A model generated the notes under the pieces. It saw only the letters and a program-made list of their open reading frames with translations, had not been told where the DNA came from and searched no databases. A DNA stretch of 64,000 nucleotides from an uncultured Spirochaetota bacterium (GTDB taxonomy: Bacteria; Spirochaetota; Brevinematia; Brevinematales; JAOACQ01): positions 128,001 through 192,000 of the forward strand of contig CAWAOD010000016.1 in NCBI GenBank assembly GCA_963783575.1, given 5' to 3'. Position numbers and translations under genes: made by a program. Shown one piece after another: positions 32,001 through 41,000 of this stretch (position 1 is the stretch's first letter; every line of letters begins with the position of its first letter).

Positions 32001-35000
32001 GATCGCCGTTTGTGAGATTAACCGGCTGATATGTATATAAGTCGGTTCCCTGGGAGGAATAAACATAATTATATACATCAGTGCCGTCCAGTTTTACATT
32101 CACCGAGCAGTTTGCAACATGATAGAAACTGATTGCTAAACTGCCAGCGGAAGAAACGATCATGTTTTCCACTTTACTGATTTTGAAAATCAAATCTTCA
32201 TTGTTCTCTACTTTAAACGGTATGCGGACCTGGTTCGTATTGCTCACAGAGTCCACTGCATTTATTATCAGTTCAGAATCACCAGACAGCCCTAGCGTGT
32301 CAAACTGGGCTAGGAGGCTGTTACTAACGGTCGAGTTTATACCATCTGCCGCCGGATAACTGGTTCCCCCGTTCGCAATTGTTATGCTGTAAGCCGATAA
32401 ATGTTTGTCGCTGATGGTTCCGAGGATATCTATCATGTCGCTGACGATGGAATTTGATAATGGATAGCTTATTACTATGTCAGGATTAATATCGTCGATC
32501 TCAAGCGGCGTCACTTTAACGTTCTTATTATATGCTTCATCACGGGTATAAACTTTCGAGAAATATGTGCCGTCCGGCATGATCCTGCCGGTGTTCACAT
32601 TCCTGCCATCCCAGGCGTCGACATATTCGTCTCCCGCCGCTGTAGGCTCATCGCTTCTGTATGTATGAAGGATGATATCGCCAAGGCTCTTCGCGCAGAC
32701 ATCGAACCAGCCGTTTTTACGGCCGTTTTCATTATTCGATACGGAGGTAGTTATGTTGGATACATAAAGGTTTGATGCTGAAAAGTGTTGTGAGCCGGTG
32801 CCATAAGTATATAGATCGATGCTCCAGTTTGTCATCTGGATTAAAGTCCCATCGAATGAAGCCGGATAAGCATATTCCTTAAAAATATCCTCCTTATTTC
32901 CGTCACCGCTAAAGCTGAAGGAGACACCATGGTTTTCAACATTTATATCGGAGGTTGTGAAATCCTCCCGGTAAGTGTTCGAAATGGTAAAGCCGGTTAA
33001 ATATCCCAGAGAATTTGTATTTGTCGCCGTAAAAACAATCGTGTTCTGTGCGCACGATAAATCAAAACCGGTGAAATAGCCGTTGACGGGTTTTAAATTT
33101 AAGCTGTTGAAAAGACTCGGATAATGATCTTCATCAAAGATTGTGGGCTTTAATGCAGACAAATTAGTGGAGATTTGAACACGGTTTGTTATATTTTTAA
33201 CTACATATGAATAATTATTTTCATTAACTACCTGGGCAAATACATACCATTGATTCGGTGGATTAGATGAATTGACCGTAGCCGTTGATGAACCGTTTAA
33301 AATATTATTATCGGGAAGCTGACTCCCTTGATAGAATTTTACAGTTACTTTGTTGCTATTATCTACGGTATATGATATTGTAATATTTCCATTGTTTATA
33401 TCTCCTGGCGGAATATTAATAATATCGGATAATTTACCCAGTAAGGCTGCATTGGTGGAGGTCAATCCATACATTACATGCGAATAGGAACTCAGATCCT
33501 TTAAATAACTTATTTCACTGTCACTTAATGCCCGATTAAAAATACGAACATCATCTATTGCCCCTTTAAACAAAAAATTAACTTCATCCTGCTTTGCGCC
33601 GATTCTCAATTTATATTGTGTATTATATTTTAATATACTTTGTCCATTTGATGTAGCAACTAATGAATTATTTACATATAATTTCAACCTTTGATAATCC
33701 GGAGCCGTCCCGTCATATGCCAGGACGACAAAATACCATTGATTAAAATCGGAAACATTCGGGTTAATAACAAGAGTTCCGCCTTGATAGAATCCGCCGC
33801 AAACTTGACCTTGGAATTTTTTATCATTATTATCATTATAAAATAGCTTCATAACATCATATTCCGTCCCACCATCATACTGTGAAATAATTGTATATTG
33901 CTTTGTACCGGAAACAGACCCGGTAGGCTTAACCCAGGCCGAATAGGTTAGGCCGGTTAGTCCTCCCATATTCAGCGGTGTCTGTACAAAAGAATTTATC
34001 CCGTTAAAATCGTACGCGCTGTTTAAATTTCCAAAACGGTCTGAAGTCAGAGCCGCATTATAAGCTGATCCATGATTGCCGTTACCGCTTGTATCATTCG
34101 CGTTTCCGTTAAAAAGATATTCACTGGTAAGACCTTTTACGTTAAAGGTTACCCATTCATTTGTAACCAGATAATTAGTTTGCTTTCCATAGGCCGTGAG
34201 AGTGAGATCGGCGGGTGTTACCCGGTAGTATATCCCGCTTCCCTTTGCCGTATAGCCGTAAGGGAAGACATCTCCCTCGATGTTATGCGTGACAAAGGCT
34301 GTTTCTGTTGTAACTGTCTGGTTGGTGACCGTTACATCATCGAAGAAACCGGTGCTCTCTCCCGGTGAGAAGATGGTGTTGCCGGCAGCGGCTGCCGGTA
34401 ATACGGGAGGGGTTGTGTCTACTGTGCATTCCATAGAAACCGGTTGCGATTTGTTTCCCGCGAGATCGAAACAGGTTTCCTGTATCCGGTATATGCCATC
34501 AGGAACTAATCGCCCGGTATCATCTTTTCCGTCCCAGGTATTTGTTATCGCTGCAAAGCCAACACAATTTGTTTCTATGGTCCGGACTATTGTTTCTCCG
34601 TCCTGTTTAAATATTTCATATCTTACAAAAAGGACCGGACTTATATCATCAGTCACTGTAGTAATGACCGGCAGTTCATCCCGCATCTGATCACCGTTAG
34701 GTGAGAAAGGATCATCATATTTTGCCAGAAGAATGCTTACAGGATTCACACTGTCAACAATGATCTTGTCTTTCCGACTGAAAACGTTTCCACTGGGGTC
34801 TTCAAGGGTTATCTGAAGTTCATAACTGCCGTCTGTGGCAAAATCGCCGTTATCCATCCTTCCATCCCATTCAAATGTTTGCTCGGTGTTGTTTGAAAGA
34901 ATTCCCTGGAAAATATTCCGGACGATCATTCCATACATACGAATTGAAATATCAGCGTTGATGCTGTCCGAATCCACAGCTTTCATCTTAAATACAGCTT

Positions 35001-38000
35001 TTTGTATACCGCCGGGGTTCTGCGGTGAAATATAGCTGTTCAATAGGTTGAATTTATAAAGAGCGGGTGAAATATTATCTACAAGAATCTTTTGAACCTG
35101 TGAAGACTGCATCAGGTTGCCTGCTTCATCCGAAGCCTCAACCTTTGCGTAGTATGTTCCGTCTGGAACATACTGGCCGTTGCTATCCATGCCGTACCAG
35201 TAAACTTCATTTGTAAGTTCCAATTGATAAGGTTTAAGAACGGCTACTTCACTGCCATACTTATCAATAATCCGGACCGAGCTGTCCGGGATAGATGTTA
35301 TATCGTCCGTAACCGCATACTGCATCTGGATGATTCCGACTTTATTCGCGGTATAACCGATCCGGTTAGTGGACAGTGTCAGGAAAACTACTCCCGGTTC
35401 GTTATTATCGACAATTGCCTCAATATTTCCGGCTTTAACGGCGCTCCGGTTGCCATTTTTGTCCGATACTGAAAGCAGGGCCTGATACTGTCCTCTATAT
35501 ACCGGCCGGTTATTAAGCGTCCCGTCCCATTCAATCCGGTTCATTCCTGCATAAACCGAGTAATTTGATAATATTAAACCCAGTATACCATTATTATTGG
35601 CCAGTAGAATATCAGCGAACCCGTCTTCCGATGTAAAGAAGCTGAAGCTGGTTCTGATTTTTCCGGCGATGAACTTTTGAGGGTTCGCAACGGGTTCCGT
35701 GATAGCCGGAGCGGTCCGGTCGATTATTATCCGGATATTCTTTGTAAGGCCTTTATTCCCGGCTTCGTCTTCATAATGAATACGCAGGGTATATTCCCCG
35801 TCCGGCAGGGGGTTGAAAGTGCTATCATATGACGGCAGGGCGAATTCATCATCTTTTTTATAATCACTAATGTTCATTCCGTTAACAAAACTGCCGTCGG
35901 CGGCATAAACCTCTATGTTTATCATTACAGGTTTCGTGGCTGTGAAATGGAGCTTCGTTTCACCTGTTTGATTCACGAGGCAGCTATCGCTATCCGTCTT
36001 CAGTTCCGGCGGAACCGTATCTATGATAAAACTCTGCACCAATCCCTCGTTTACATTTCCAATCCTGTCCACCGTTGAAAAGCGGTAGTCGTAGCCACCG
36101 TCCGGGAAGACTTTCCCGTTATTATCCATGCAGTCCCAGGTGATTGTATTTGAAACTTGCGTCTGGCTGTCTATACCGTCAACAGAATCGGCAGATAGAG
36201 TTTCCGAATAAAGGGTATTCCCTTTTCGGTCATATAATTCAAACCGGACATCGCTGTCCTTTGATAAACCGTAATCGGCGGTGAACAGGTCTTTATTCCC
36301 GTCTCCATTCGGAGAAATATATTTTGAGGCGTTAAAATAATCTATTTTCGCACCGGCGCTGTCCTGGAGCACGATAATCCGGTCAACCGGGGAATTTTCC
36401 GAATCATATTTCACCGCTACATAATTCGTTCCTTCATTCAAAATAATATTTGTGAAAATGAACCACCCGGCTGGATATATGTTTGTCGTAATTGTATTGT
36501 TATTGTCCGCGGTACAGTTTGTGAGCTGCTGCCCGGAATCTCCCAGGATGCCGCTTTTACCGATAGACCGGCCCTGGCTCTGGCTGTTTATTCTCTGATC
36601 CGTGCTAACAAAACAGACCGCATTCGTAGGTATACCGCTTCCTTTCGCGGCGATCCCGGCTATTGAGATATTGGTTTGTTTTGTATAGTATAAGGATTCC
36701 TTATTTTTATCATTTAGAAATGTTTGATCTGCCGGCAAAATATCCAGATCCCGGATTAAATCCCGGCGTATCTGAGGGGCCGGCAGGTTGAAATTGGTGC
36801 CGTTCAAAACAAAGAAGTACGAGAAGTGCGACGCGCTCGCCGTAAGCTGTATAATATTGAATTTCTCCGGCCTCTGTGTATTTGTCTGGATGCTTGAGTC
36901 TACACTGCTTGTGTCCCAGGACAGGTAAAGCACGGTTGTATTCAGCGCTTCTATCCCGTTTTCTGAGATTGTATAAATGGCGGGGCTGCTGTTTATCATT
37001 CCGAATTGATTGGCTTCCTCCCAGGTATATTTTACGGTAATTCTCGGCCAATCGGCAGGATTATCGCCGAATTGATATGGCGAAGGCTCCATCTTAAGAA
37101 TAGGTCCGATTGGAGAAATGTCGGGCAGTTTGGTTCCGATTTCACTCTCTTTCAATTCATCCAATCCCATTGGTGTTACATTTACAAGAGTGTTATCCGG
37201 TACACTTGCCGGTATAACAAGTTCCACCCGTTTGTATGGCGTTGAAGTTAAGAAATTGCCGGAGCCTGTATTCGGTTTCTTATATTCGCCGATGTCCACT
37301 ACCTGCTTTGCATATTTTACTCCCTGATTATTATAAGCCTTGAGGAGAATTGTATACCTTCCGCTTAAACCGCGGACGTTCCAGTACGCGAGCGTGGCGT
37401 TGCTGATCACCTTCACGACGGGGACATTGGTAATAGACTGGAAATTATTCCCGTCATAGTAAAGAAGCTCATAAGCCGAATTTACGCTTCCCCTGATCTC
37501 GACTACTTTCTGGCCCTCCCTTCCAGGTTTCAGCGCGGCTAAAAAGTATCCGTTCGCGAAATTGGTTCCCGACTCTATTGTTACGTTCGAAACGCACAGG
37601 TCTTCATTTTTCTCGCCGTTAAGATAGTAGAACTCAATGTTATCGGCTTTGACAGAGTCTTTATCCACGATGAGCCAGGGATTGTTAATAACAATTCCGT
37701 TCGTTACCCAGAAGAGACCGTCATTACCTGTAGAATCCTGTTTCGGATAAGAATCTTTAAAGTTCAGCCTGATTGCTTTTCCGTCGAATTCCTTTCCGCA
37801 GATAACATTGGTCCCGCTGACAAGCGTATGGCCCGTCGGAGAGAGTCTTTCGTCACTGCTCATATACCAGAGGCCTGAGAAGGTGCGTCCGGTACAATTG
37901 ATTGAACCGCCTGCGTCAACGCTGCTTGTAAACATAAGGGAATTGGCTTTGTTATAATCCTGGTTGGCCGCGTATTCGGGATCGAGGGGCTCTACTTTGT

Positions 38001-41000
38001 CAACAGCTATCCCTAAGTTATTCAGGTTAATGTTGCGTATATTGCCCTCAGGTCCGGATGTGTTTAAATTAAAATTAGCGAATAAACCTGTTTTATTAAA
38101 AGAATAATCGCCTTTTGAATTATCCAGCTCAATCACATCCGAAGCTGTTATGTAGGAGGCTCCGTATCCCCCGTAATTGATTTGAGAATTATTTGGATCA
38201 AGGAATGCATTATGCAGGGATGCAAAATATTTATCGTAACATCCGTCACCGTTGGTATTAAAATTATGGCTCTGGTTCCAATTCGCCACCTGATTAAGCG
38301 TAGCTGGAAAATCAATAACAATGTCGTTTTTATCATCGATATCTGTATGGGCAATATATGTGTGGGTATTAGGAATTTGAGTGAAATACACATTGTAAGC
38401 TTTATTTGCTTCCAGATTATCGCCTTCAAACCTGAAATTCACATGGTTTCTGGGTACAAACCCATTAAAATTTGCATTTTCATCATATTCATAGCAAAGG
38501 GCTTTCCCTTTGCTAACATTCGCATCGAAATCATTCGCCATCGATACATAATGGCTGATATAACCGTTTTTGCCTTGTATTCTCCAATTGTAATAATGCC
38601 TTGCACCGTCCTCTTCGATAACCGAACCCGAAATATCAAAATGAGTATAACTATCGTAAATTGGCCCTACATTATTTGTTTCAGTCTCGTCCGAATCTTT
38701 TAAAATTTTGTTATTTTGATCTTCTTGGTTCCCATAATAATATTTATTTTCAGAGGCCCATTGGCTGAAACGGTTGAGAACATTATTCATCATTGTATTC
38801 CCTCTTCGATTTGGATCGAATGTAAAATCGAAGTTACCGACAAGATGGGAATATTTATATCCTCCGACATCCCCCCATTCTCCCACATCAGTATTTTCCA
38901 CCCTAAAATCTTCACCCGAAGCAGTTTTATGAACATTTTTCCCATTTACTGTTATATCATCCAGGCCGTACATTCCGCTCGGCCAGCATCCGACGGACCC
39001 GATCCGGTGATCGAACCAATCGCCGTTATCCCCGTTATCGATTTTATTATCGGCGCTGAAATGGATATGCTCCCCCGGGCCCATTACCTTTTCTATGCCT
39101 GCGCTGCCGGTGTCTTTTCTGTCATTCGCCGTCGATACGCTTCCCCAAAAAGATTTCTTGACTTCTCTCCTTGTAAAATCATATTTTCCTTCAACCTTCA
39201 CATAAGCCGAGTCAAACCAGCGATAGGCTTCCGTCACGAAAGGCACGAAGGGATAACCTACCACGGCCTGGCTTCCTCTTGCATTTAACCTGTATGTGAC
39301 TTTTAACGGTGGAAGGTATGCGCCCGTTACATTCTTTAAAACCCATTTAAAACGGGCGTCTCCATTTACGGCTACTACATTCTCATTGTTTGTGCTCTGC
39401 CCTTCAACGTTTAAAAGGGGGGAAAGCCCTCCGGATATTTCTTCGGGATTCAATGTAAATGGTATAAAGTTTGTTGCGGCGATATCGGGATGATCCGCGT
39501 CCCACGCCACGATCCTGAAATTGTAATTTCCTTTATCGAGAAATTCGGGAGAGCCGATTGAGTCTTTAACGCCATTATAGTTTACCTGGTTATAATAATT
39601 GCCGTTTACACTCGTGTTTTTCACAATTTCGCAAACATCCCTATTATTTGTATCCATTACAGTTATATCAACAAAGGCGCTCTTTGTTACCCTGAAAGAC
39701 AGTGTTGTACAGTTTATTCCTGTACTAAAAGGATCAAAATTTGTGGATGAAAGACCGATATTTGTTATATCTATTCTGCTGTATACTTCCAAATTGTCAA
39801 TGTTTTTTTTATCGAAACCCTTTCCATCCCTTCCTTCGGCGGTTAGAACCAGCCGGTAATTTCCGTCATTTACCAGTGATCCGTAAATATCCTTGCCGTC
39901 CCAGGTAAACGAAGGCGCCGGCCTGGCATTTTCAAGCCGGAATCCTATATTGTTTGAAAGGCTTCCCACAGAGGCCGAATAAGGATTATCATCCCCAAAG
40001 ATGGATTCAAGAACAGGGTGCTTACCGTTATCATAATAAATAAAATTCGGGTCCGCCTGGTCATTTACAAGCAGTTCGAACCAGACTTCATCCGCGTCGG
40101 TGTTAAAAATAATTTCCCTCTGTCCCTTATGGGTATTGGTTATTACCGTACCTTTATTGGTAACGATATTATACTGCGAAGTTGCCGCTTCTTTTACCGA
40201 GTCGTCCGAGGCAACCGTGTAGGAAAAACTGAATTCATTTTCAGTACGATATGTGATCCCATGGTCCCTGGTCGAAATGGCGTTGTCTTTAAGTCCGCCG
40301 ATGCCTTCCTCAGCCCTAACTCTTCCGCCAAACCGCATATCCGAAGAACCGGGGTTTGTCATAACGATATGCCAGCCCGCTTCGTCCTGGTAGACGTTAA
40401 AGCCCTCCGTCACATCCGGAGTCGGCTGAATATATGGCTTCCCGTTCAGATTATATTTCTTGCTATTGCAGACATTATTTGAATTTTGATCGTAAACACC
40501 GAAATTTACATCAGCGCTGGATACATTCTGCAGGGTTAATTTGTAATCTAATTTTACGCTGTTCTTTCCGTCCGCTATAAAATTCATTTTATCTACGCCC
40601 ACTTCCTGAAGAATGACAGTCGAAACCGAATCATCAGTGGGAATTTCTATTGCGTTGGTAATTTTAATAAAACTTAAGTCCGCCCACTGGGCTCCTTTCA
40701 ATTCCTGGAGAGAAGGCGCGGATGTGCTCGCAAGGAGTACCGACATGGGTTCTTCCCTTGCGACAAGAAGCAGGGTATAATCTCCATTCGTAAGCTTTGC
40801 TGTTTCAAGATACCCGAGCAGGGAATTCTCTTCCACGGAACGGAAGGATATGTTTGCCGTTTCCCCGGCTTTACGGTTGAGTTCCGGAACCCAGAGTGCC
40901 CCGTCTCCGTCGCTCCAGCCTTCACCGGTAAGAACGGAATGGTCCAATCCATCGGGCATGGTTTGATTACCGGGCTTGATATAGACTGCGTAGTTCATAA

